From sequence record NC_049850.1: a stretch of DNA of 64,000 nt; one strand, written 5' to 3'. The notes beneath the pieces were generated by a model, which worked only from the letters and a program-made list of their open reading frames with translations, made no database searches and was not told the DNA's origin. The translations under genes and the position numbers were made by a program. Shown piece after piece: positions 38,577-48,555 of the stretch; within the stretch, counting starts at the first letter, position 1, and each line of letters begins with the position of its first letter.

Positions 38577-39005
38577 ATGAGTACACCAACCGCATACCAG
38601 CTTAGCACCGTCGACGCGGTGTGGGTAGATGCGAGTTCGAAGTTCACGATGGACGGCAACCCGGACCTGCTGCCGGATGTGCTGGCTGTAAATAACTCGC
38701 TCTACAACCTGTTCTCATGTCAGATCGGGGCGCGGGCTCGTATCTTCCAACCGGAGTATGGAGCCGCGTTGCTGACGTTCCTTCAGGAACCACTGGATCA
38801 GGGAACAGCAGACAAAATTCAGGTGGCTTTCATTCAGGCAATTGCTCGATGGGAGCCGCGCATCAAACTCGACTTCAGCAACACGTGGGTCCGTCCGGAC
38901 TACACGCTGCCCGGCTACCAGATTCGAATAGCGTACGCGCTGAACCTGAACCTGAGCACGCAGGGCGTTGCTGGTTTCACGATCAAGACTTCATCCACCC
39001 AGTAA
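38577..39005 (+). CDS. baseplate wedge protein (gp25-like)
   Basis: NLF....GAR.R.FQPEYG..L..FL.EP and AIARWEPRI. Confidence 0.8.
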   Translation: MSTPTAYQLSTVDAVWVDASSKFTMDGNPDLLPDVLAVNNSLYNLFSCQIGARARIFQPEYGAALLTFLQEPLDQGTADKIQVAFIQAIARWEPRIKLDFSNTWVRPDYTLPGYQIRIAYALNLNLSTQGVAGFTIKTSSTQ

Positions 39006-39014
39006 GGTTCAACG

Positions 39015-40844
39015 ATGGCCACCTCAACTCGTCCCAACACACTAGAACTGTCGGACATGACTGCTGACGTTGATCAGTTCGTTCAGCAGTTTCAAGCGTT
39101 TCTGCAAGGCCGTCCAACGTGGGTTGGCAACCTGACGACCGCTACCTCTGAGACACTGATCGAACTCGCGGCCTCGGTGGGCGCGTTCGCTCAAGGTCGT
39201 ATCATTCGTGCTGCTGAGGATTGCTTTGCGGAGACCGCGCAATCGGACTCGTCGATCCTCAGCATCACTCAGATGCAGGGCTTGCGCATATCGCGCTATC
39301 TGCCTGCCGGGCTCCCGACACAACTCTCGTCTCCGGTTCCGCTGACCGTGCCCCCGCTCACGCAGTTTCAGTGTGCGGGGCAATTCTTTTTCAACCGAGA
39401 GCAGATAACATTCACTGACACAAATCCGGTGAGCGTCACGCTGTTCGAGGGGCAAGTCTACGCCTACGTCATGAATGGTAAGGGCTCCGAACGGCAAACG
39501 TTTGTAGGGGCCCAAGACGCGTTCGCAGTGTCTGACCGGGACGTTCAGGTGACGCTCAACGGCATGATCTTGCCCAAAGCGTACGGTGGCCTGTGGAACT
39601 TCGACGGGTTGCCCGGCTATTCGGACCAGACGATGAGCGACGGTCGACTGCTCATCCAGTTCGGTAACTACGGCGGCCTGAATGGCTTCTTCGGCACGAT
39701 CCCGGGCATCAACGATCAGATTATCGTCAGCTACCCCATCACTCAGGGTATTTCGGGCAATAGCTTCACGACCATCAACAAGCAGGTGACGGTCGCGGGG
39801 TTCCCAGAAATCGGGGGCGTCGCAACCGCAAACCCCACGGGCGGCTCGAACGCGAATCCTATCGTGTCCTACAAGAACGTGGCGTCTGGAGGCTTCGGCA
39901 CCTATCAGTCTGGTGTAACGAAATCGCAGTACCAGTCGATCATTGCTACGTATCCGGGCATCGTTGACGTGATGACGCAGGCCCAGCGCGAGATCGATCC
40001 TTCGGACCTCAAGTGGATGAACGTGGTGCGTGTTGCGGCTCTCACATCGAGTCCGTGGACGCAGGCGCAGATTCAGGACTTCTTGAAGTACTGCCAATCG
40101 GTGACCATGTACAGCACGTACTTCCATTGGCAGGATGCGATCCCGATTGACCGCGATGTCGAGGTCGATGTTTACATCTTCAACTCGGCAACTATCGAGG
40201 CGGTGCGAGAAGCTGTGGTGTCCGAGATAAATGGCCTGTTCGCACCGCGCCCCGGTATCTTGACCACCAACTTCTACGTCTCGGATTTGGAACGCGCGAT
40301 CTTCCGTGCTGGTAAAGGTGCGGTGTCCTACATTATCCCGCGTAGTCCCACCGGTTCCATGATCGTCGGTGCGCCGCCGTCTCCGGTTGCTACGTACACA
40401 ATCAATCCGAATCAGGCACAGGGCCTTCCGCAGCTTGTGTACGCGTACGGTATCTCGACGGACATGCAGAACGGTGACGTTGGCTATCCGAGTTCGTGGG
40501 TGTACCCGCAGGTTACGCAGGCCGATGGCACGTCGACGATCACGCTGACGTGGCCCGAGGTTTACGGGGCAAGTAAATACCATGTTTGGGGGCGTGATTC
40601 GGCGCAAGGCTTCGGTCTGCTCGCCACGATCAATGCGGGCGATCCGCTGACGTTCACGGATAACGGGACGATCACACCTGTAGGCCCTCTTCCGCCTTCT
40701 GGCAATTGGCCGATCAGGTACAACCGGCTGCGTCCGGTTGACCCGAACGATCCTACGAAGGGCACGACACTCAAGGTGAACGTGTTCTACGCAGAGCGTC
40801 AGCAGCGCTTCGACACGAATCCTACCCGCATGCAACTTGGGTGA
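39015..40844 (+). CDS. baseplate wedge protein (gp6/J-like)
   Basis: ETAQ.DSS, IQFG...G.IP and TGGS motifs; position after gp25. Confidence 0.7.
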   Translation: MATSTRPNTLELSDMTADVDQFVQQFQAFLQGRPTWVGNLTTATSETLIELAASVGAFAQGRIIRAAEDCFAETAQSDSSILSITQMQGLRISRYLPAGLPTQLSSPVPLTVPPLTQFQCAGQFFFNREQITFTDTNPVSVTLFEGQVYAYVMNGKGSERQTFVGAQDAFAVSDRDVQVTLNGMILPKAYGGLWNFDGLPGYSDQTMSDGRLLIQFGNYGGLNGFFGTIPGINDQIIVSYPITQGISGNSFTTINKQVTVAGFPEIGGVATANPTGGSNANPIVSYKNVASGGFGTYQSGVTKSQYQSIIATYPGIVDVMTQAQREIDPSDLKWMNVVRVAALTSSPWTQAQIQDFLKYCQSVTMYSTYFHWQDAIPIDRDVEVDVYIFNSATIEAVREAVVSEINGLFAPRPGILTTNFYVSDLERAIFRAGKGAVSYIIPRSPTGSMIVGAPPSPVATYTINPNQAQGLPQLVYAYGISTDMQNGDVGYPSSWVYPQVTQADGTSTITLTWPEVYGASKYHVWGRDSAQGFGLLATINAGDPLTFTDNGTITPVGPLPPSGNWPIRYNRLRPVDPNDPTKGTTLKVNVFYAERQQRFDTNPTRMQLG

Positions 40845-40846
40845 TC

Positions 40847-41665
40847 ATGACTTACTTCAATTACCAAATCGATTGGCCAAGCACGGACTATCGAGAGAAC
40901 CTGCGGCTCGGTTACCGGACGCCACGTTCTATCTTGTGCCCTCCGTACTTGGCAATCAATCCGTACTACGTAGATTACGTGAACGCGATTGACAACGTGT
41001 TTGATGAGCAGGTTGACCTGAAGACCGAGACGCTTCTGAACCTTCGCAACATGTGGGTCACAAACCCGACCATGGAGCAGGAAATCGTGGATCAGGTCCC
41101 GGGTGCAGACCCAAGCAATCCCGGAGGCCACATCGTTGAGTTCGATGACTGGTCGCAGCCGGAGCGCGATCTTCTCGTCAAGCAGGTGAACGCGCTAGGC
41201 ATGAAGCTCGCGAACGCGGGCATCATCAGCAACAACTCGTATCAGGCAATCGCCCGATGGGTCGGTATGTACTGGTACGGGAAGGGCACGCGAGCGTTCA
41301 TCGACTTCATCAATTACAGCCTGTCCTCGTTCCTCGATGTAAAGCCTCTGTGGACGCAGGACTACGTGCACTTCTATAAACCGGACGATCCCGCCATCGG
41401 CGCAAAAATCTGGGAAGGCGGCACGTGGTATCCGACGACGCACGTGCAGATCATCGCGAAGGGCGGCCTTGGCGACCTAGATATCAACACGCTGGTGGCG
41501 TTCTTCTACGAGATCGCGAACTACAACCTCGTGCTCTACTCGGTCGACGAAGAGTTCGACATGCCAATCACAGACGATCCGACGCTGGTGCGCACGGACG
41601 CACAGATCGTGGCTCTCGGGCTCTGGGAGCACCAGAACATTTTCATTCAACCCAATACGAACTAA
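40847..41665 (+). CDS. baseplate wedge protein (gp7/I-like)
   Basis: Follows the J-like gene; YWYGKGT..FI motif. Confidence 0.5.
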   Translation: MTYFNYQIDWPSTDYRENLRLGYRTPRSILCPPYLAINPYYVDYVNAIDNVFDEQVDLKTETLLNLRNMWVTNPTMEQEIVDQVPGADPSNPGGHIVEFDDWSQPERDLLVKQVNALGMKLANAGIISNNSYQAIARWVGMYWYGKGTRAFIDFINYSLSSFLDVKPLWTQDYVHFYKPDDPAIGAKIWEGGTWYPTTHVQIIAKGGLGDLDINTLVAFFYEIANYNLVLYSVDEEFDMPITDDPTLVRTDAQIVALGLWEHQNIFIQPNTN

Positions 41666-41677
41666 GGACTACGCATC

Positions 41678-43414
41678 ATGGCAGACCCTATCGTACCAAA
41701 CAGTGCGTCGTTCCTGATCACGGATGTTGGCTTGGCCGCCGCATCCGTCGCAAAACCTGACGGCCCGTACATCGAGATCGTAGAGTTCCGCATAGGCGAT
41801 GGCTACGGCTATACGCCGAGCGCTAGTGACGTTGGCCTGAACGGCAATACCGTGTACACAGGCATCCCGACTTCCTACCAGTTCGTGGCTCCGGACACGC
41901 TGGACATCCTGTGTGAGTTGCCGCCTGAAGCGGGCTATTTCGAGTTCGGTGAAGTTGGTCTCTACCTTCCGGGTGGCGTGCTGTTTGCGAAGGCCGTGTT
42001 CCAGAAGCCGCAGCAGAAGTTTCCGAAGATGACGAGCGCGACCGTCAACACGTACTCTCTTCACTGCTTGCTGAAGCTCAAGCAAGCACTGGCGCTGATC
42101 AACGTGACGGTGCAGCAAAACCCAGCAGTCCTGAACGTTTATTGCTGGTCGGATGTGCGGCCTGTGTCCAAGATGGTGAACCCGTACATCCCGGAATTGC
42201 TGGTGCACGAACTGGACAGCGCGGGCTCGTCCACACTTCTACAGCAGTCGGCTGGAGACCTGTGGACAGTTGGCACCACGCACTATCCGTACATTAACAG
42301 CCAGCCGGACCAGCGCTCATTCCCAGTGGTGGCGGCCTCAACAACGTGGATCGAAGTCTCGGCCGCGCTAATGCACCCACGCGACCTGAGCGTGGCCGGG
42401 CGGCAGATACTGGTGCGCACGGCCGACGGTTACTTCCGGTCCGTGCAGTCGGTTACGGTTAACGGTTCGAACTACCGATTGAACCTTAATTGTACTAACG
42501 ACGGCACGTACAACAATTTTCCGCTCCCATCAGTACCGTCCGGCCATATCAACATATTCCAGAACGACATCGCGCCGGGCCACGTGTTCTATTCGCAGAT
42601 CATCGACCCCCCGTCGATCCCGCTGGCCACGCTTGGCAATCCGGGTCTCGCGTACGGCCGCTACGGCACATACATGCCGGGCCCCGGCGTCATCGAGACG
42701 TACGGCATGTTGCAGAACCCGAGCCTCGGCGTGAACCAGATCGTCGGTGCCGGTGAGGACCTGAACAAGACATCGTGGACATCTGGCCTATACACCATCG
42801 ATCCGGGTGGCCACGGGTTCCCTGCCAACATGCCAGTGTCAGCGTCTGGTCACCTGTGGGTGCATTCGGAATTCGCGCTGGCCGTGCAGCAGGGCATCAA
42901 CAGCAACAACATCACCCAGATTTTCTATCCGGCAGGTAATGGCGGTGGTGATAACCGTGGACGCGGTGGCTATCCTCCGTACTGGCGTGAATGGAACGCG
43001 CTCAGTGACCAGAACAACGGTCAGGGTGGCTGGACCGACTGGTTCGCGTTGAACGTCATCGGAAAGCAGGGTGGCGGCACCGGTAGCGTAGTATCCGCGA
43101 TGAGTCCCAACTCGAACGTCGAAATCGACAAGATTGTCACGCTGACGATTCCATCGGCAGGCAACTGGACCATCATGGGCTGGGCACACGGTATGGTGAG
43201 TGTGTACCATGGTGCGGTTCTGTACATCGACGCAGCGGCCGTGGACTCCACTGGCGCTTACGGTGATACCGAGGGTATCGGGTTCAACACGCTGTGGGGC
43301 ACGGTCAGCCAAGGCTACAGCGCCGGGCAGCAGGTGCAGGTGCGTATGCACACCAACTCGACTACTGACAACTACGGCGATTTCCGCGTGATGGCTCTCG
43401 CACTGAAACTTTAA
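41678..43414 (+). CDS. baseplate-attached tail fibre
   Basis: N-terminal ITDVGLAA...FRIGDG collar-fibre domain; knob-like TQIFY...YWREW...WTDW. Confidence 0.7.
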   Translation: MADPIVPNSASFLITDVGLAAASVAKPDGPYIEIVEFRIGDGYGYTPSASDVGLNGNTVYTGIPTSYQFVAPDTLDILCELPPEAGYFEFGEVGLYLPGGVLFAKAVFQKPQQKFPKMTSATVNTYSLHCLLKLKQALALINVTVQQNPAVLNVYCWSDVRPVSKMVNPYIPELLVHELDSAGSSTLLQQSAGDLWTVGTTHYPYINSQPDQRSFPVVAASTTWIEVSAALMHPRDLSVAGRQILVRTADGYFRSVQSVTVNGSNYRLNLNCTNDGTYNNFPLPSVPSGHINIFQNDIAPGHVFYSQIIDPPSIPLATLGNPGLAYGRYGTYMPGPGVIETYGMLQNPSLGVNQIVGAGEDLNKTSWTSGLYTIDPGGHGFPANMPVSASGHLWVHSEFALAVQQGINSNNITQIFYPAGNGGGDNRGRGGYPPYWREWNALSDQNNGQGGWTDWFALNVIGKQGGGTGSVVSAMSPNSNVEIDKIVTLTIPSAGNWTIMGWAHGMVSVYHGAVLYIDAAAVDSTGAYGDTEGIGFNTLWGTVSQGYSAGQQVQVRMHTNSTTDNYGDFRVMALALKL

Positions 43415-43426
43415 AGAGGTGTACTG

Positions 43427-44071
43427 ATGAATACAGAGGTTGAAGAAGTGAGCACCGTGCCGGAGCAGGAACCACAACCGATCCTGCGCACGTATTACCA
43501 GTACACTCCAGTAGAAGTGGCGGGCATCAAACTGTTCCAGTACAACGGGACCAATATTCAGGCTCATGAGGACGAGCAGCCTGCCAACTCCACGGAACTT
43601 GAACCGCCCCTCAGCATAGGGCCCACCCTGTGCTACTACTGGGACCAAGATCGCTATCGGTGGTTCTGGTCACCGGACCTCACGAAGCTGGACGGCGCTG
43701 GTGCGGTCGCGCGTGCAACTGCGGCGGCCGACGCCGCGTTCTCGAAGGTTATGGCCGCGCTCAACCGAGAGTATCCGGAGGCCGAACGCGCTACGTGGGC
43801 GCAGCAACGAGCCGCAGCCGAGGCCGTGCTTGCAGGCGGCACCTCGAAGTTGCTGGCCTCGATGCTGTGTGCTGGAGAAACGGCTGAAGAGCTTGCGCTG
43901 AAGATCGCGACAAAGGCAGATGCGTACGATGCCGCGCTTGGTGCCGCGCTGTTCGATCTTCGGAAGGCCCGGGCAGAGGCGGCTGCTGCCACGCTCGATT
44001 CGGCGCTGGCTTCGTGCAAGACCGTGGAAGACCTAGTGAACTATGCGTGGGCTTCCGAGGACATCAAATGA
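43427..44071 (+). CDS. tail fibre assembly chaperone-like protein
   Basis: YPEAERATW.QQ..AA and LA.KI..KA.AY helical pattern; follows the fibre. Confidence 0.55.
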   Translation: MNTEVEEVSTVPEQEPQPILRTYYQYTPVEVAGIKLFQYNGTNIQAHEDEQPANSTELEPPLSIGPTLCYYWDQDRYRWFWSPDLTKLDGAGAVARATAAADAAFSKVMAALNREYPEAERATWAQQRAAAEAVLAGGTSKLLASMLCAGETAEELALKIATKADAYDAALGAALFDLRKARAEAAAATLDSALASCKTVEDLVNYAWASEDIK

Positions 44072-44580
44072 GCCAAGCTATCTACGCGCGAATCCTGTAC
44101 GACGAGATTCGCATGATGGACCCGAAGTCTGGTCTCTATGTCTGGTGTGATCCGGACGAGGCTGGAGTTCTGGAGGTTCAGCGCATACTGCACGGCGCTC
44201 CGTTTAAAGTGGAAAACAGTACGGAGTACCACGTAACGGTTCTGTATCACGAGGGCAAGATGCCTGAGCGCATACAGATTCCGGTAGACCGGCCGACAAG
44301 CGCGCGGCTTGCCGGATTCGAGGTGTGGCCGACTGAAAAAGGCAATGTCATGGTCCTGCGTCTGGACAGCCCGGAGCTACAGGAACTCCACGCTGAGTTG
44401 CTGCGTACCGGTCTGACCCATTCGTTTCCGGATTTCAAAGCACACCTAACGGTTGCCAAGAACGTGGACATGAACGATAGGAAAACGCTCGGCTGGTATA
44501 TGTCTCGTAATCATTACCTGAAGTACTGCCCTACCCATATCACGCTCGATGAACGTGTGAAAGCGTCGTCGCTCGCGTGA
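44068..44580 (+). CDS. acb1: anti-CBASS nuclease Acb1-like 2H phosphoesterase
   Basis: Two HxT motifs (YHVTVLY, AHLTV); GLYV, EVWPT..G..VLRLDS and G.TH.F collinear with T4 57B as I recall it. Confidence 0.75.
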   Translation: MSQAIYARILYDEIRMMDPKSGLYVWCDPDEAGVLEVQRILHGAPFKVENSTEYHVTVLYHEGKMPERIQIPVDRPTSARLAGFEVWPTEKGNVMVLRLDSPELQELHAELLRTGLTHSFPDFKAHLTVAKNVDMNDRKTLGWYMSRNHYLKYCPTHITLDERVKASSLA

Positions 44581-44586
44581 CGCATG

Positions 44587-44625
44587 AAAAAGCCCCGTAC
44601 ACCTAACAAGTGTACGGGGCTTTTT
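44587..44625. terminator. bidirectional intrinsic terminator
   Basis: 16-bp stem AAAAAGCCCCGTACAC / GTGTACGGGGCTTTTT. Confidence 0.85.
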
Positions 44626-44644
44626 GTTACATCTTCTTACATCC

Positions 44645-44654
44645 TCAATTTTAT
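44645..44654 (+). promoter_or_regulatory. class B motif TCAATTTTAT
   Basis: ATCCTCAATTTTA is shared with 23611; upstream of ORF 44737. Confidence 0.45.
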
Positions 44655-44736
44655 CGTGCAGAGCCAATTCGGACCTGTCTTCGTGCGAAAGTGACCAGTC
44701 GCACGTTGTTAGCAATACTGAAAGGATCAGAAGATC

Positions 44737-44955
44737 ATGCACTACGAAGAAAAAGGCCAAAAGCTGCAACGGGAAGAAAAGCTGCTGAACATTTCGGCAG
44801 CAGTACAGAGGAAATCGAACCGAACCCTACTGTACTCTGGATTCTGCTATTACTGCTATGAGCGAGTGCATTCGCCGCATATCTTCTGCGACAATGCTTG
44901 CCGTGAGGACTACGAAAAGGAAATGCGCATCAAGAACGCCACGACATCCCGGTAA
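44737..44955 (+). CDS. small C4 zinc-finger protein (TraR/DksA-like finger)
   Basis: CYYC...FCDNAC preceded by a helix. Confidence 0.5.
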   Translation: MHYEEKGQKLQREEKLLNISAAVQRKSNRTLLYSGFCYYCYERVHSPHIFCDNACREDYEKEMRIKNATTSR

Positions 44956-44957
44956 GC

Positions 44958-44996
44958 AAAAGCCCCACAAGGAACTCAGTCCTTGTGGGGCTTTTT
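44958..44996. terminator. bidirectional terminator between convergent genes
   Basis: 16-bp stem AAAAGCCCCACAAGGA / TCCTTGTGGGGCTTTT. Confidence 0.85.
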
Positions 44997-44998
44997 GT

Positions 44999-45388
44999 TT
45001 ATGCGCTGTTCTGCGCGTAGTACACCGACAGAAACGCAGACTCCGTAGCGGTCGACGGGTTCTGAATTGTCACCGTGTCATACGTGTCATCGATCACCAG
45101 CACCTTGTTCACGTTGATGGTCGTCATCAACGTGCTGATGCCAAGGGTGACTTGCACTGGTGCACTGGTCCCTAGGCAGAACGCCGTGACCTTCTTCAGG
45201 GTGATAGAGGAACCGGGGGAAAGACCGACGGACTGTGCCGCCATGTCGTCGGTTCCGTAAATCCCATCAACTTCACCGAGTTGCTTCAGGATCAGCCTGT
45301 TGCCGCCAGTCACGTTGAGCCGGAAGCGCAGTGTCCGGGGCTTGACCGGCGGCAGGTTCGTGATGCCGCACACTTGATTAGTAGCCAT
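44999..45388 (-). CDS. small virion protein, paralogous to the N-terminus of the 668-aa fibre
   Basis: L.PG...T..PV.V...T...V...L.IDD..D...I.N.S shared with ORF 50571. Confidence 0.5.
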   Translation of the reverse strand: MATNQVCGITNLPPVKPRTLRFRLNVTGGNRLILKQLGEVDGIYGTDDMAAQSVGLSPGSSITLKKVTAFCLGTSAPVQVTLGISTLMTTINVNKVLVIDDTYDTVTIQNPSTATESAFLSVYYAQNSA

Positions 45389-45397
45389 TAGCTTCTC

Positions 45398-47287
45398 CTA
45401 GATTACCGGAATAGGGTTGCTGACGCGCTGTGCCAAAGACGTGTAGCTGATCTCCATGTTTGCTACCTCTATGGAAAGTGGCACAGAGTCTGTTGCACGC
45501 GCGATGCCGTAAGACAGAGTTGCGGCACCCGATCCCATGGCTCCCGAGTAGTTCACCACGGGCTTGGAGTCGCGCCACACCTGAAGAGTGCCCTGCGAGC
45601 CCAGCACTACGTGCATCACGTAGTTCACCCAAACGCCTCGTTGTAGAAGCGCATCGGAGTACTGAATGATTGGTATGACATCGGTGGACGCTTGGGTCCG
45701 TATAGAAAGCGTATCCTGCGCCACGTCCATGGTCAGCGTCTTGGTCGAGGCATCGCGGTCCAGCCCGAATACAGAGCACTGGGACGCTGTGCCTATGGTT
45801 CCCGAATCGATCCTGAGCGCGAAGCTGAACCAAATGTCGGTGCCCGTGTTGAGCGTGGCCGTATCGACAAGATCGGCGCGATCAATCGTTGTGGGGTCCG
45901 AAACATCACGGTCACCCGGATTCACCAAGAACTGCTGGGCCGACTGCCTGTTACGGGCCTCCGTGTAGCCACCCAGTACACCGCGCACCGCCATTTGCCG
46001 CCCCGATACTGTACGCACAGTGGTGGGGCCGAACGTCAGCGTGTAGTTGATCGGCCATACGGCTTCCGCGAATCGCGTTGCGTACGCGCTATCGACGTTC
46101 GGTGCGAGTACAACCACCGATTCGATGGCCAGCGATCCATACTGGGGCACCGGAATCGTATAGCCGTCTGGTGTGGCAACCACTTGTCGAGACCACACAC
46201 CACCGTCACGCCCCTGAATCGCGAGCGTGTAGCCGCCATTCGGAATGAACAGTTTGGTCGTGGATGCGGCGCGCGTTGTCGCCACAAACGCTGTGTTGTC
46301 CGAAGCATTTGCCCCGTCCTCGATCTGCGGCTTCGAAATTTCGACGGTTATGGAGAACGGGTCCGTGTCGTTGGTTGTGGCAATCACAAGGGCTACGGAC
46401 ATCTGATCGCCTGCGATAGCCGAGTTCCAGATGCTGACGCGGCGACGCCCGTATGCGGGAAGCACCGTGTACGATGCGGCTCGCGCATTGCCCGTTTTGA
46501 GCACAACGCCGGTAGCCACGCCCCCAACGTTCAGCACGTTCACGGTCGCTGCGGTTGTGAGGCCGCCACGAGTCAGCGTGGGTGCCGTGCCTGAGCCGCT
46601 GTTGAAGCTGAGCGGAACGCCCGCTGGGCTTGCCCCAGTACGCGTGAACCTGATCTGAAGTTTCGGGCCGACCTGCAAGACCTCCCACAGAAGTGTAGGA
46701 TCGCTAACTGTCCAGCCAGTTGGTAGTGAGCCGCCGTTTGCGGACGTGCCGATCACAGCCCCTGCGAAAGTGGGGTTGGTGATCAGGTTGCTTGTACCGC
46801 GCTGGACCATCAACCGGCCATCATCGTCGCGATCATCAACTGTCTGGTTGAATGTCTCGAACGGGTATGCCAGATCACGATAGCGCCAAAAGCGCCCAGC
46901 CATAAAGTCTGCTTTGTACAGTGATGTGCGCGCCGTATTCTGGTGCGCTGTGCTAACAAACATCGGATCGATGAAGAGGTTACCCTTCGTATCGATCTTC
47001 AGTTCTTGTCGTGGGACCACGGTGCCGAGTGTGCTATCCGTAGCCACGTCTGAGCCACGCAATTCCCAGACGGGGGCTTTGTACAGCACGCCATCGCGAT
47101 ACAGGGGAACGGTGTCGTCGGCTTGTAGCGGGATCGAGGCTTGCGCCATGGAGCCAGTGTAGAGCGTGTCTAGCGCAGAACCTACCGTACCCGATTCGTG
47201 TCCGATCAGCGTAGAGCCGTTCGGCGCGCGCAGCCACGCGGCAATGCGCTGCCGGAAACTCTCGTACAGTGCTGGTATGGAGTACAT
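45398..47287 (-). CDS. fibre/spike protein with C-terminal polysaccharide-lyase-like jelly roll
   Basis: GRLMVQ..TSNL and CBM-like middle; DIWFSF...WVNYVMHV...GTLQVWRD. Confidence 0.5.
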   Translation of the reverse strand: MYSIPALYESFRQRIAAWLRAPNGSTLIGHESGTVGSALDTLYTGSMAQASIPLQADDTVPLYRDGVLYKAPVWELRGSDVATDSTLGTVVPRQELKIDTKGNLFIDPMFVSTAHQNTARTSLYKADFMAGRFWRYRDLAYPFETFNQTVDDRDDDGRLMVQRGTSNLITNPTFAGAVIGTSANGGSLPTGWTVSDPTLLWEVLQVGPKLQIRFTRTGASPAGVPLSFNSGSGTAPTLTRGGLTTAATVNVLNVGGVATGVVLKTGNARAASYTVLPAYGRRRVSIWNSAIAGDQMSVALVIATTNDTDPFSITVEISKPQIEDGANASDNTAFVATTRAASTTKLFIPNGGYTLAIQGRDGGVWSRQVVATPDGYTIPVPQYGSLAIESVVVLAPNVDSAYATRFAEAVWPINYTLTFGPTTVRTVSGRQMAVRGVLGGYTEARNRQSAQQFLVNPGDRDVSDPTTIDRADLVDTATLNTGTDIWFSFALRIDSGTIGTASQCSVFGLDRDASTKTLTMDVAQDTLSIRTQASTDVIPIIQYSDALLQRGVWVNYVMHVVLGSQGTLQVWRDSKPVVNYSGAMGSGAATLSYGIARATDSVPLSIEVANMEISYTSLAQRVSNPIPVI

Positions 47288-47296
47288 AGGAATCCT

Positions 47297-47515
47297 TTAA
47301 GTGCAAATACAAATTACAGGTACTTTGGGGGCAACCACGGCTTCCGTGATGACTTCTACCCACTGCTTACGCACCCGTGTGGATGCTGGGTAAGTAGTGA
47401 GTGAGTCGGTCACAACCTCCACATAACTCTTACGGACTCCAGTGGAAGCCGCAAGTGTAGAATTCGTAACCACCTCACCGTACACCTTACTTACTTGTGT
47501 GGTAGGCGTAGCCAT
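47297..47515 (-). CDS. 72-aa protein of three tandem beta repeats
   Basis: VSKVYGEVVT / VRKSYVEVVT / VRKQWVEVIT. Confidence 0.6.
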   Translation of the reverse strand: MATPTTQVSKVYGEVVTNSTLAASTGVRKSYVEVVTDSLTTYPASTRVRKQWVEVITEAVVAPKVPVICICT

Positions 47516-47517
47516 GA

Positions 47518-48555
47518 TTAGTCACCCATACCGACCTGTGCCGCGTTGACGCTGGTAACAGTCCATGCGCTACCTGCGCTGTCCCGCGTGAACACATCGG
47601 AGTACACAACGTTCGTGCCCACCAGCGAGCGCACTGCACCCGGGACCACGGTTCCGTTCGACTTTATCTGGGCCGTAACCGAGTGTTGAGCGTCGGCCCC
47701 GGGGTTCGAGGCACAGGTGTTGACGACAACGGCGTTTACGTTTTGGGCTGCATATGGAAGCGCGCTCATCGTGTACAGATCAGACTTACCTGTCGTCGCG
47801 TCTGTCAACGTCGCAGTCCCGGTCCACGGCTGCGATGCCACCTGCCAGTTGGCCCCGGCGCTGGGCGCGAATTGAGTGCTATCACCAGCACCAGCAGGGT
47901 TCATTAGGCCGATACGACGCGCGCCCACCGGAAACGTGTTGAAATCGGTGCCTGTGGTGTCCCAGATCAGGAAGTCGTCCAGATACGACAGGTTGTTGCT
48001 CGTCGTGTAGTCGGTGCCGATAAACAGCGTCGGTATCACCTGTGCAGGATGGTTGCTCAGGTTGTACGTACCACTGAATTGCTGAACACCATCCACGTAG
48101 GCCGTCACCTGAGAGTTGGCCCCGTTCAGCGTGAACGAGACTTCGATCCAGTGATAGCCATCACCCAAATACGTGGTGCCAGTTGCTACAGGTGTCGTCG
48201 TGTTGTTGTGCAACGTCAAATAGCTGCCGTTGTACGACAATAGCGTGGCATTGGGGAGGCTGACCAAGCAGTACTTTGGGAGGTTGCTGCCGCCACCGCC
48301 ATTCAAGCGCAGCCTCCACCAGCCTGCCACATAAAACGTGGAGCCAGATGCAATACCAGAGCCGGGCAGATCGCAGCGTAGCGAGGCCGCGTATCCAGCT
48401 GTGTTGTTGCAGAAGGCACGGCCGCCGAAGCGGCCATTTGTTGGGTCTATACCAGCAGTACCAGCAGGCGTCGCGACCTGCTTGTACTTGCCGCTGTTCG
48501 TAACGTCGGTGATCGTCGTGTACGAATCCCAGCCTTCAGAAAATAGGAGTGCCAT
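47518..48555 (-). CDS. ConA/laminin-G-like lectin protein
   Basis: N-terminal FSEGWD, HWIEV..., YVDG..Q and YLDDFLIWD; C-terminal P.GAGDSTQF.P domain. Confidence 0.6.
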   Translation of the reverse strand: MALLFSEGWDSYTTITDVTNSGKYKQVATPAGTAGIDPTNGRFGGRAFCNNTAGYAASLRCDLPGSGIASGSTFYVAGWWRLRLNGGGGSNLPKYCLVSLPNATLLSYNGSYLTLHNNTTTPVATGTTYLGDGYHWIEVSFTLNGANSQVTAYVDGVQQFSGTYNLSNHPAQVIPTLFIGTDYTTSNNLSYLDDFLIWDTTGTDFNTFPVGARRIGLMNPAGAGDSTQFAPSAGANWQVASQPWTGTATLTDATTGKSDLYTMSALPYAAQNVNAVVVNTCASNPGADAQHSVTAQIKSNGTVVPGAVRSLVGTNVVYSDVFTRDSAGSAWTVTSVNAAQVGMGD

